Shown here: one piece after another, positions 24,912 through 34,474 of the stretch | How positions within the stretch are numbered: position 1 is the stretch's first letter | Layout of the letters: each line of letters begins with the position of its first letter | Assembly (NCBI GenBank): GCA_024680795.1 | Contig: JAILBR010000071.1 | Location: 2,541 to 66,540 of the forward strand | DNA: 64,000 bases | Source of the DNA: Bacilli bacterium | Lineage (GTDB): Bacteria; Bacillota_I; Bacilli_A; RFN20; CAG-826 | Reading direction: 5' to 3' | Notes under the pieces: model-generated | What the model saw: the letters and a program-made list of their open reading frames with translations, nothing else | What the model was told of the DNA's origin: nothing | The model's database searches: none | Position numbers and translations under genes: made by a program

Positions 24912-27272
24912 ATGCTTGTAAAAGATAAAATTTATCATTATGATGGAAATATGAAAGTCGTAATTGCTCCTAAAAAAATGCATAAATCCATCCTTCGTGC
25001 CATGCGTGAAGGCGATCCATTTTTTGATGTGAAATTAATTAGCAAGAATGAACTAGAAAAGTATTATTATTCGTCGGTAAAAAAAGAGGCCATTGCTTAT
25101 CTAATGAAAAACTATGGACTTAGTTATGAAGCTAGCAAGATGTTTATTAGTTATCTTCCATATGTTCAAAAAGGAAGTAATAGTAAGCTCTTATATTTAT
25201 TTAGTTTAAAGGAGGACTTAGAAAAGCATGACTTCTTTGAAAAGTATTCTTTCCCTATTAATCCTTATATAAATATAGAAGCAGATGTTATCGGCTATAA
25301 CGAACACGATAGAGAATTAACTGATCTACTTACTAAACTAAACTGTAAACCAAATTATATTTATAACATTTCAAAAGATATTAAAAGAAGCTTCCTATAT
25401 TTTGAAAAAGTGGAAGAAGAAGCCTACTTTGTTTTAAATTCGATTGCTAATTTGTTAAATAATGGAGTCGATATCTCCAAGATTTACATCTTCTCTAGAG
25501 ACCATATTTACGATTATTATTTAAAGAAATATGCACCTACTTTTGGCTATCAGTTAAATATAGGAAGTGACGATAATTATGCATATACAGGCGCTTTTAA
25601 AGAATTCTCTGGATTATATAGTGAATGTAGAGACGTCAAAATAGCATTAGAAGAGTTAAAAACCTTGATGGGTGAAGACGAGATCTATCAAGACCTAGCT
25701 TCTTTATTAGAGGAAAACATTATTGAAGGTTTTGATTACGATGAACAATATGATTATTTCTTCAATGTTGCAAAAGAAAAGAAACTCAAAGACGATAGAT
25801 ATGATAAAGCGGTAGAAATTATTTCCTCTCCTTTATATATAAAGGATTCCTATATTTTTGTGATGGGTTTTACCCAAGGCAAATATCCTAGAAGTGGGAA
25901 AGATAGTGAATATTTAAACTATGAAGAAGTGCATCTGCTTGGTAGAAACAACGCTAAAGACGAGACCAAGATAGATGAACAAGAATTAATGAACTTCTTT
26001 TATTCAGAAAACGAATTCTATTTCTCATATTCAAAGAAGAGTGTCAAAGGCAATTATTTCTCTTCGCCTTTAGTAAGAAAACTAAATATGAAAGAGAAAA
26101 AAGGAGAAGTGGATCAAAACTATTATTCCAAAGAAGTTCTTTCTTATATTTATGCCGGGCTTAAAGATTTAGAGAATTTTTATAAAGAAAGAAAAGATGA
26201 TTTTTATCGTATTAGAGACGTCATATCTATTGACTATAACAACTATGATAACGCCTATAAACCAAGAGCGAATGTATATAACAAAAACAGCAAATTAGTC
26301 CTATCAACCTCGCAGATTGATTTATACTACAAATGCCCATTCCATTATTACTTATCTAAAATCATAAAACTCGATGAATTTGACGAGACAAGAGCGACTA
26401 GATTAGGTAATGTTGCTCACCATATGTTCGAGCATCAAAGAGATGAAGATTTTAATTTTGATAGGGAATTTGAACAAGAAATTTCGCAATATCAATTTGA
26501 AAACGTTGAAAAACTTCTTTTGACCACAAAGTTAAAAGAGCAGATTAAGACTGCAGTAGAATCGAATAGACTTAGAGAAAAGTATTACAAAAATCCGGAG
26601 ATATATAATGAGTTAGAATTAACATACAATCTCGATGACAAGACTAAGATTATTGGCAAGATTGACAACTTAGTTACTCTCGATAATAAGTATTTTATCT
26701 GTATCGATTATAAGACTGGCTCTGCCTCTAGCACCAAGTTTTCCGATGACAAATTGAAGTATGGCGTTTCTACTCAATTACCTACCTATACTTTACTTAC
26801 AAGTGAGGATGAAAGATTCGAAGGATTGGAGATTATCGGTATCTATCTCAACCATGTTATCTCTAATGAACTTTCTATTCAAAAAGATGAAGATAGTTTG
26901 ATTTATGACTATTTAAAACTCCATGGTAAGAGCATTAATGATTTAGATATGTTTGTCTATATCGACTCAACAATCGCGGACGGCAAATCTAGTTTTGTTG
27001 CTTCTATCAACATCAATAAATCTGGCGCCTTATCTTCTAGAGGCGGTGGTCTTGTATCTAGCGAGCAGTTTGAAGAATATAAAACTATTACTGAGCAGTT
27101 ATTTAAAGACGCTGCAACAAGTATAAGAGAGAATGACTTTGAAATTAGACCTATATATTTTAATGATAATGATGAAGCATGTATGTATTGTCCTTTTAAG
27201 GACATATGCTTCCGTAAAGTCGAACAATATAAGGTTATTGTCAAAGAAGAAGAAAGCGGAGAAGAGCAATGA
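24912..27272 (+). CDS. addB: Helicase-nuclease complex subunit B (AddB, RexB type)
   Basis: C-terminal RecB-type nuclease motif GKIDNLV...ICIDYKTG. Four Cys for an Fe-S cluster (YYKCPFHYY ... CMYCPFKDIC). No N-terminal Walker A. An alternative start is ATG 24951 (MKVVIAPKK). Confidence 0.8.
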   Translation: MLVKDKIYHYDGNMKVVIAPKKMHKSILRAMREGDPFFDVKLISKNELEKYYYSSVKKEAIAYLMKNYGLSYEASKMFISYLPYVQKGSNSKLLYLFSLKEDLEKHDFFEKYSFPINPYINIEADVIGYNEHDRELTDLLTKLNCKPNYIYNISKDIKRSFLYFEKVEEEAYFVLNSIANLLNNGVDISKIYIFSRDHIYDYYLKKYAPTFGYQLNIGSDDNYAYTGAFKEFSGLYSECRDVKIALEELKTLMGEDEIYQDLASLLEENIIEGFDYDEQYDYFFNVAKEKKLKDDRYDKAVEIISSPLYIKDSYIFVMGFTQGKYPRSGKDSEYLNYEEVHLLGRNNAKDETKIDEQELMNFFYSENEFYFSYSKKSVKGNYFSSPLVRKLNMKEKKGEVDQNYYSKEVLSYIYAGLKDLENFYKERKDDFYRIRDVISIDYNNYDNAYKPRANVYNKNSKLVLSTSQIDLYYKCPFHYYLSKIIKLDEFDETRATRLGNVAHHMFEHQRDEDFNFDREFEQEISQYQFENVEKLLLTTKLKEQIKTAVESNRLREKYYKNPEIYNELELTYNLDDKTKIIGKIDNLVTLDNKYFICIDYKTGSASSTKFSDDKLKYGVSTQLPTYTLLTSEDERFEGLEIIGIYLNHVISNELSIQKDEDSLIYDYLKLHGKSINDLDMFVYIDSTIADGKSSFVASININKSGALSSRGGGLVSSEQFEEYKTITEQLFKDAATSIRENDFEIRPIYFNDNDEACMYCPFKDICFRKVEQYKVIVKEEESGEEQ

Positions 27273-30200
27273 GATTTTCTGACGAGCAAGAAAAAGCCAT
27301 AAAAGCCGAAGGTAGTAATTATCTCATTTCAGCTGGTGCTGGCAGTGGTAAGACTGCAGTTTTAACCGAGAGAATTTATCGAATCGCTAAAAGAGAAAAC
27401 ACTTTAGATAAATTCCTAGTTTTAACATTCACAAATTTGGCCGCTGCCGAAATGAAAACTCGCGTAAGAAATAAACTTCTAGATGACGATAGTACCATTC
27501 ATCTTGCTAGTGAGGTTGATAATGCTCATATTGAGACCTTCGACTCCTTCTATTTATACCTTGCAAAGAAATATTTCTATGAATTAGGCATTTCTAAGAA
27601 TCCAAATATCGTTGATTCGTCTATCCTTATCATTAAAAGAAAAATGTTTTTAGATCAAGTGTTTGAAGAGCTTTGCGATAAAAAAGACGAGGGGTTTGTT
27701 GGGTTAATCTATTCATACTGCGTTAAAAATGAATCCACAATAAAGGATTTTGTCATCCGTGTTTTGAATATGGCTGATCGTAAAGGCGATAAGTACGAAT
27801 ACCTAGATTACCTTAAGACTGCATTCTTTAATGAGGATATAATTTCTACCGCTATTGAATCTTTATATAAGGAATTTAAGGATAATATTAGATTCTTAGA
27901 ACAAGAAGCAGCCAAGTTACAAGACATTAATGATGCAAATAATATTTTGGCTGTTCTTGAGTCATTTGATGATGCTAGCGATTATGACTCGCTATATGAA
28001 AAACTCAAATTAGCGTCGATGCCAAGAAAACCAAAGAGTGACGCTGATGATGGAGAATTTAGAGATTCATTAAAGAGCTTCTTTGATAACAAAATAAAAA
28101 TCACTGCTAAAAATAATGACTATGGCACCTCAAAAGATATTGCTAACCAATATATGGAAATCAAACCATATGTTGAAGAGATTATCGATATTGCAAAAAT
28201 GGTGGAAGAAAGACTAGATGCCTTTAAGCTAGATTATAATGCCTTCTCCTTTGGAGATATTTCTAGATTTGTCCTTAAATTATTAAAGAATGACGCGATT
28301 AGAGAAGAGATTAAGAACACATTTGATTACATCATGGTGGATGAATATCAGGATACAAACTCAATCCAAGATTCAGTTATCAAGGCAATCAGCAAAGATA
28401 ATGTTTATATGGTGGGTGATGTTAAACAATCTATCTATCGTTTTAGAGGAGCGGACTGCCAAATCTTCCAAGAAAAATATGATGACTATAAGAAACATAT
28501 AGGTGGAGAAGAAATTGATTTAAACCGTTCGTATCGTTCTAGAAAAGAAGTTGTCGATTTTGTTAATGAAGTCTTCTCTAAGTTAATGAAGAAAGAATAT
28601 AACGCGATCGATTATCAAAACGGTCACCATTTTAAATTTGGCCGTGATGAATATGAAATCAATAAGCCTACATGTTCTTATAAGCCAGAAGTTTATAACT
28701 ATTCGTATCAAAAAAGTAGTGAAACTCCATATATCGAAAGTGAGCTTATTGCCAAAGACATTTTGACTAAGATAAATCAAAAGTACGAGGTCTTTGTCGG
28801 GAAAAACGAAACGAGAAAGTGCTCATATAAAGACTTTGCAATTATCATTGACCGTGGTACAGACTTCAATGTTTATCGTAAAACTCTCGCTCAATATAAC
28901 ATTCCTTTAAAAGTCGAATCTAAAGAAACTTTATTTGGAAGCGACATCGTCTCTGTTCTTAGAAATTTAGTGAAAATGCTTTACTATTCATTAAATAGTG
29001 ATTATTCAACAAACTATAAACATGCATATTTTTCTGTTGCGAGGAGTTTCTTATTTGAATATCCAGATGACAAATTGTATGATGTCCATTCTAAAGACGC
29101 CTATCTATTAGAACCTTTTGCTCAACAAATCGAGTTGATGAAGGAAAGCTTAAGATTTGCTTCTATTAAGAAAGTAATGTCTACTTTGGTCGAAAAGTTC
29201 GATATATATAGTTCTATTTCTAAAATTGCAAACTTCTACGCAAATGCACATAAGATTGAAAATCTTATTTCTATCTCTGAAACCATGGATATGTTAGGAT
29301 ATCGTTTAGAAGATTTTGTTAATTATTTTGATGAATTAGCGGAGCAAGATATTGATATCGAATATAAAGATAGTGACGCTCAAGAAGATTCCGTAACTTT
29401 GTTAAATATCCACGCTTCTAAAGGTTTGGAATATAACATCATCTATTATCCAGGCATCATTAAGAAATTTAATGACCAAGATCAAAAAACTAGCTACTTA
29501 ATCTCTGATAAATATGGAATGGTTCTTCCTTCGACTATGGTTAAAGCTTTCTCTTCTCCTTTTATCCATCTAATTAAAGAAGAACTTAGAAGAGCGGACT
29601 TTGAAGAGAAGATACGTTTATTATATGTCGCTATTACGAGAGCAAAAGAAAAGATAATCATCCTTAATGGTAACAAAGAAAAAGGAGACGGACTTGTTAA
29701 ACCAACCGATTCCACAAGCTTCAAACAGATGCTAAATGTCGCAGAAGTTTTTGATAATTATTCAGTTAATTATAAGTTCGATTACGATACTTCTATCAAG
29801 CAAGAAGAAGATAAAGTAGTGGAAAAAATCAACCTGAAAACCGTACACATCCCCGCTAAAATAGTGGAAAGACGTCGTGCAAGTAAGGAAGTTGATGAAG
29901 AAATTGACCAGTCAGTTTTAGACTTTGGTACTACCGTTCACACATTATTAGAACATATGGATCTGGAAAGTGATGATTTAAGTTATGTCAAGGATATCAA
30001 GATGAGAAGATATGTCCAAAACGTTAAAAACTCTTGGCTATTAAAAGGACTAAAGAATAGTGATGTCAGACATGAATTCCCATTCTATGATGAAACTAAT
30101 GGCACAAGTGGATTCATTGATTTACTCATTTTAAGAGAAGACGAAATTGATATCGTCGACTTCAAGCTTAAAAACATCAATGATGAAGAATACGACAAGC

Positions 30201-30307
30201 AACTTATTACCTATAAACAATATTTAAAGACAATTACACCAAAGAAGATTAGAATGTTTCTATTATCTGCAATCACTGGTGAAATAAGGGAGGTACAAGA
30301 TGAATAG
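27269..30307 (+). CDS. addA: ATP-dependent helicase/nuclease subunit A (AddA/RexA)
   Basis: UvrD-type motifs AGAGSGKT, DEYQDTN and VGDVKQSIYRFRGA. C-terminal nuclease motif GFIDLL...IDIVDFK. Confidence 0.88.
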   Translation: MRFSDEQEKAIKAEGSNYLISAGAGSGKTAVLTERIYRIAKRENTLDKFLVLTFTNLAAAEMKTRVRNKLLDDDSTIHLASEVDNAHIETFDSFYLYLAKKYFYELGISKNPNIVDSSILIIKRKMFLDQVFEELCDKKDEGFVGLIYSYCVKNESTIKDFVIRVLNMADRKGDKYEYLDYLKTAFFNEDIISTAIESLYKEFKDNIRFLEQEAAKLQDINDANNILAVLESFDDASDYDSLYEKLKLASMPRKPKSDADDGEFRDSLKSFFDNKIKITAKNNDYGTSKDIANQYMEIKPYVEEIIDIAKMVEERLDAFKLDYNAFSFGDISRFVLKLLKNDAIREEIKNTFDYIMVDEYQDTNSIQDSVIKAISKDNVYMVGDVKQSIYRFRGADCQIFQEKYDDYKKHIGGEEIDLNRSYRSRKEVVDFVNEVFSKLMKKEYNAIDYQNGHHFKFGRDEYEINKPTCSYKPEVYNYSYQKSSETPYIESELIAKDILTKINQKYEVFVGKNETRKCSYKDFAIIIDRGTDFNVYRKTLAQYNIPLKVESKETLFGSDIVSVLRNLVKMLYYSLNSDYSTNYKHAYFSVARSFLFEYPDDKLYDVHSKDAYLLEPFAQQIELMKESLRFASIKKVMSTLVEKFDIYSSISKIANFYANAHKIENLISISETMDMLGYRLEDFVNYFDELAEQDIDIEYKDSDAQEDSVTLLNIHASKGLEYNIIYYPGIIKKFNDQDQKTSYLISDKYGMVLPSTMVKAFSSPFIHLIKEELRRADFEEKIRLLYVAITRAKEKIIILNGNKEKGDGLVKPTDSTSFKQMLNVAEVFDNYSVNYKFDYDTSIKQEEDKVVEKINLKTVHIPAKIVERRRASKEVDEEIDQSVLDFGTTVHTLLEHMDLESDDLSYVKDIKMRRYVQNVKNSWLLKGLKNSDVRHEFPFYDETNGTSGFIDLLILREDEIDIVDFKLKNINDEEYDKQLITYKQYLKTITPKKIRMFLLSAITGEIREVQDE

Positions 30308-31412
30308 TAAATTATCTAAAGAAGAGTTCTTAAGACAATCTCAATTTTTCCCTAATAGTAAAGATATTAACCTTGATTTTATGTATGATGTCTATGATTT
30401 AGCTTTCGATGGAATCATTGATCTTTTAGAAGCACAAAATCTTTCTAATACATATGTTGATTCTTTAGAAGTGCTCTCTTATATTCTGGGTGAATATGTT
30501 TATAGCACCAGTTTATTAAAGCCTGAAGACAAAGAAAAATTCTGTGCTGATGAAAATATCGTTCAATCAATGGCGAGCGTTGCGGCCGATAAATATTTAT
30601 CTTTATCTATCTACAATCACCAAGAAAATAGATTTACAAATTACTATTTACCTCCAATTTCATCGATTAATCTATATGTCAATTTGATGCTCAATATCGT
30701 CACTAGATATCCAAAGAATGATCCGATGAATACTTTGATTATTGATTTATTAATCAAATCATTGTCTATTGCTCGCTCAATCATCAAATTATTATGCGAT
30801 GGTTATGAAACCGAGGCATTCGCGGTTTGGAGGACTCTACACGAATGTGAATGTACCCTTATCTTATTAGATAAATATGGTGATGTCGCGATTAATAGCT
30901 ATCTTAAACATATGAGATATGGAATCGCTTATAAAGGTGCTTTTGATAATAAAGAAGAAGAAAGCAAAGTCATCGAAAAAGTTAAAGAAGAGATGGCGGC
31001 GATTGGTTTGAAGAGTAAAGACATGAAAAAGTATATTGAGTATGGATGGCTTTTAAATATCCCAGGACATGATACGATTGAAAATTTCAAACTTAACTTT
31101 AGAGATGGTCTTGAGTCTTTAGCGGGTCTACATAAATACGCGGAGCTATATATGACTAGTAGTGAAATCCTTCATAGCACACCTCTACTTATTTATTCAA
31201 ATAAACAGCATTTCTTTTTTCTAACCTTATTAAATCTATATGAGTCATTCTTTAGAATCGAAAAGGTGTTTGTTACCTTATTCTTTTCTCGAGTTGGTGA
31301 CGCTGATAGGATTCGATACATGGAAATGAGAAAGTTATATTATTCTCAACTAGTAAATATTCATCAAAGAGAAACGATGAATTTCAAGTTATCAAATAGC
31401 AAAAAAGGATGA
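30300..31412 (+). CDS. Uncharacterised all-helical 370-aa protein, translationally coupled to addA
   Basis: Its ATG lies 8 nt inside the end of addA (ATGAATAG). I recognise no catalytic motif. A terminator hairpin spans its stop codon. Confidence 0.6.
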   Translation: MNSKLSKEEFLRQSQFFPNSKDINLDFMYDVYDLAFDGIIDLLEAQNLSNTYVDSLEVLSYILGEYVYSTSLLKPEDKEKFCADENIVQSMASVAADKYLSLSIYNHQENRFTNYYLPPISSINLYVNLMLNIVTRYPKNDPMNTLIIDLLIKSLSIARSIIKLLCDGYETEAFAVWRTLHECECTLILLDKYGDVAINSYLKHMRYGIAYKGAFDNKEEESKVIEKVKEEMAAIGLKSKDMKKYIEYGWLLNIPGHDTIENFKLNFRDGLESLAGLHKYAELYMTSSEILHSTPLLIYSNKQHFFFLTLLNLYESFFRIEKVFVTLFFSRVGDADRIRYMEMRKLYYSQLVNIHQRETMNFKLSNSKKG

Positions 31413-31437
31413 TTAATTCATCCTTTCTTTTTTTTGT
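31405..31437. terminator. Bidirectional rho-independent terminator between the addBA-X operon and the convergent kinase gene
   Basis: AAGGATGA (31405-31412) pairs with TCATCCTT, with an A-run upstream and TCTTTTTTTT downstream. Confidence 0.7.
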
Positions 31438-31451
31438 TTATAATCTAATGA

Positions 31452-33092
31452 TTATACATCAGCGTAGCAGCTGCCACCGATGAACTCTCTTAAGATGGAG
31501 TTACATGGAACCCATTCATCAGGCATGTCGACGAAGAACTTTAACATTCTGATAAGTCTTTCGGCGACTGGATAATATGGATTTTCAACTTCAATTGCTT
31601 GTAAGAGTGGCATCGCATATTTTTTCATGACTGATAATTCTTCTGGTAAGTAGGAATTAAAGACATAGTTAGCGCCTTCTTGAGTTCCATAAATCCATTT
31701 GAATTCGCCTTTTCTAACACTAGCCCACATACTCATGGTTTCTAAAGCGGAAGCGCCTCTAAATTGATAGTCACGAACGATTCTTCTTAAAAGTCTTAAG
31801 TCAGTTAAGGAGAGAGGGTTATGGTTATCAATGTTGATTTGTGCTTGAGGAGCGATAAAGATTTTGAATTTTTGGTGTTGTGGAACTGATTCAGTCATTC
31901 TATCATTCAAAGCATGAATACCTTCAATAATGATTGGTTGATCAGTTGGAACTTTTAGTGTTCTGCCTTTAACACGTTTACCAAGTTTGAAATCAAACTT
32001 AGGTAATTCGACTTCTTCACCAGCGATTAATTCCGCCATATTCTTATTGAATAATTCGATGTCTAATGCATCAGCGGCTTCTAAATCTGGCTCACCATTT
32101 TCATCTTTTGGTGCTTGATCTCTAGTTAAGTAATAATCATCCATGGAAATACGGATTGGATCGATACCACGAGATAATAATTCAATACGTAATCTATTTG
32201 CGAATGTGGTTTTTCCGGAACTAGATGGTCCAGCAATACAGATTAAACGAATATTTTCTTTATCACTTTCAATCATGCTACCGAGTTCACAAAGTTGACG
32301 ATTATGTTTTTGTTCACCTAATGTGATGACATCAATTGGTCCATCTTCTTCGATTCTCTTATTGGTGCCAACCACAGAATCAAATCTGGTAGCCACTGCC
32401 CATTGGTGTGCTCTTTTTAAAGTCTTACCAAATGTTGGTGAATCTTCAAATATTGGAATACCACCTTGTAATTCTGGACGTGGGTATTGGATGATGATAC
32501 CTGGATAATAAGATTTAATCTTATATTTTGTCACATAACCTGTGGAAGGAACCATACGGTTATACATATAGTTCTTGTAACCATTACAGTCATAATAGTG
32601 ACATGTTTTTTCTGGACGATACTTTAAAATATCGTTTTTATCTTCGAAGCCTTCTTCATTGAAGACTTTTCTGATTTCTTCTTTAGAAACAATTCTTCTA
32701 ATAAGAGGATAATCAGCTTCAACAATTCGTTGGATTTCGGCGTCTAACTCTTTCACTAAGTGTGAATTGCTAATCACTTCAGGATTGAGAATTTGCATAA
32801 AGATAGCTCTGCTCACGTTATAAGAGAAGCGGATTCTAATTTCTGGATGGATGTTATACATCGCCATTGCCACGATGAATCTCAAACTCGCTTCATATGT
32901 TGGTTTTGCATCACGGTCTTTTACATATAATGGTGTCACAGTCGCATCGTGGTCAAGCATATATGTTAACTCTCTAACACGGTTATCGATAGAGGCACAT
33001 ACGATATTTTTATCAGGACCGACGATATCTAATACAGAAACAGGATTGTCGCACACTTTTTTTTCGCCATTAAAAAGAATGGTAAATGACAT
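31452..33092 (-). CDS. Uridine-kinase-family nucleoside kinase with a TGS/ThrRS-N-like N-terminal extension
   Basis: P-loop GPSSSGKTTFANRL in the C-terminal half and a ~280-aa N-terminal extension. The start is set at the ATG 5 nt after an AAAGGAG SD (MSFTILFNGE). Confidence 0.65.
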   Translation of the reverse strand: MSFTILFNGEKKVCDNPVSVLDIVGPDKNIVCASIDNRVRELTYMLDHDATVTPLYVKDRDAKPTYEASLRFIVAMAMYNIHPEIRIRFSYNVSRAIFMQILNPEVISNSHLVKELDAEIQRIVEADYPLIRRIVSKEEIRKVFNEEGFEDKNDILKYRPEKTCHYYDCNGYKNYMYNRMVPSTGYVTKYKIKSYYPGIIIQYPRPELQGGIPIFEDSPTFGKTLKRAHQWAVATRFDSVVGTNKRIEEDGPIDVITLGEQKHNRQLCELGSMIESDKENIRLICIAGPSSSGKTTFANRLRIELLSRGIDPIRISMDDYYLTRDQAPKDENGEPDLEAADALDIELFNKNMAELIAGEEVELPKFDFKLGKRVKGRTLKVPTDQPIIIEGIHALNDRMTESVPQHQKFKIFIAPQAQINIDNHNPLSLTDLRLLRRIVRDYQFRGASALETMSMWASVRKGEFKWIYGTQEGANYVFNSYLPEELSVMKKYAMPLLQAIEVENPYYPVAERLIRMLKFFVDMPDEWVPCNSILREFIGGSCYADV

Positions 33093-33208
33093 AGAGTCTC
33101 CTTTCATACTATGTTTATAGTCACGATAATTTTAAGAGAAAGACGAAACTTTTACAATAGAATTATTATAAAATATGCGTATAAGTGCATGCATATGCGC
33201 TAAAATGC

Positions 33209-33237
33209 TTGAATATTTATACAAATATTATTAAACT
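33209..33237 (+). promoter_or_regulatory. Candidate promoter of the phosphofructokinase gene
   Basis: TTGAAT (33209-33214), a 17-nt spacer, then TAAACT (33232-33237). An AGGAG SD precedes ATG 33267. Confidence 0.45.
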
Positions 33238-33266
33238 TATTAGCGGTTTAGGAGACTAATAAAAAT

Positions 33267-34469
33267 ATGAAAAACATGGTTTACATTCAATCAGGCGGTC
33301 CAACAAGCGTCATTAACACATCATTCTATGGTGCGTTAAAAGAAGCGATGAGACATCCTGATAAGATTGATGGTATCTATGGTTCTTTAAACGGAATTGA
33401 AGGTATGATTGATGATAAATTAATCGATATCAGAAAAGAAGACCCAGAACAAATCGAACTTCTTCTTCAAACACCAGGTAGTATCTTAGGCACCACAAGA
33501 AGAAAACTTCCAAAAGATATCAATGATCCATTATATGAAAAGGTTTTGAACACTATTAAGAAACGTGAAATCAAATACATCTTCATCAATGGTGGAAACG
33601 ACTCAATGGATACATGCTCTAAAATTAGCACATTATGTCGTGAAAAAGGATTAGATGTCATCGTCGTTGGTGTTCCAAAGACAATTGATAACGACTTAGC
33701 ATGTACCGATCACTCCCTTGGCTTCCCAAGTGCCGCAAAATTCATTATTAACACAATTAATGCATTAAGCATGGATGCTTGCTGCTTCAAAGTTGGTAAA
33801 GTTCACATATGTGAAATCATGGGTAGAAATGCTGGTTGGTTAACTGCTTGTGCTGATTTACTTCCAGAAGAAACAAGACCTCACTTATTCTACATCCCAG
33901 AAGTTCCATTCGATGTTGAAAAGTTCTTAGTGGATGTTGAAAGAGTTTATAAAGAAAAAGGCTATGTCATGGTTTGCATCTCCGAAGGTATTGACTTCGA
34001 AAGAGCAAATAAGAACAGCCGTGTCGACGGTTTCGGCCATAGACAACTCGGTGGCGCTGCTGCTGGTTTATGTGAAATCGTCGAAAGAAGACTCGACTTA
34101 CCAACTAGAGGAGTGGAATTCTCCTTAACACAAAGAGCATGTCCACTTGCTATTTCTAAAGTTGATAGAGAAGAAGCAATCAAGACTGGTGAAATCGCAG
34201 TGCAAGCTGCCCTTAGAGGAGAAACCGGTAAGATGGTTATCTTCAAGAGAGTAAGCCAAAATCCATATAAGATTGAATATGAATTAGCGGATGTCTCTCT
34301 CGTTGCTAATGCAGAAAGCAAGATTAAGCCAGAAATGATCGTCGATGCAACTCGTATGAGTGATTCATTCAGAGAATACATCGCACCACTCATTGAAGGT
34401 GAAGTTCAATTAGTGACAAAACATGGTATTGCCACAATGGCAAACTTCAAAAAAGTAATGGTTAGATAA
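33267..34469 (+). CDS. pfp: 6-phosphofructokinase with PPi-dependent-type signature residues
   Basis: GGNDS replaces the GGDGS of ATP-PFKs, and PKTIDND replaces PGTIDND. This gives the Asp/Lys pair characteristic of PPi-PFKs. MGRNAGW motif; 400 aa. Confidence 0.8.
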   Translation: MKNMVYIQSGGPTSVINTSFYGALKEAMRHPDKIDGIYGSLNGIEGMIDDKLIDIRKEDPEQIELLLQTPGSILGTTRRKLPKDINDPLYEKVLNTIKKREIKYIFINGGNDSMDTCSKISTLCREKGLDVIVVGVPKTIDNDLACTDHSLGFPSAAKFIINTINALSMDACCFKVGKVHICEIMGRNAGWLTACADLLPEETRPHLFYIPEVPFDVEKFLVDVERVYKEKGYVMVCISEGIDFERANKNSRVDGFGHRQLGGAAAGLCEIVERRLDLPTRGVEFSLTQRACPLAISKVDREEAIKTGEIAVQAALRGETGKMVIFKRVSQNPYKIEYELADVSLVANAESKIKPEMIVDATRMSDSFREYIAPLIEGEVQLVTKHGIATMANFKKVMVR

Positions 34470-34474
34470 GAAAA

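Noticed and set aside
24865-24912. A 15-codon mini-ORF (MKINVNSDTITIYFF) spans the glpK terminator hairpin, and its TAA overlaps the first addB ATG. This could be an attenuation-type leader peptide.
   Set aside because: It has no SD and no run of regulatory codons. No alternative antiterminator pairing could be found by eye. The frame is most simply a by-product of the AT-rich hairpin sequence.
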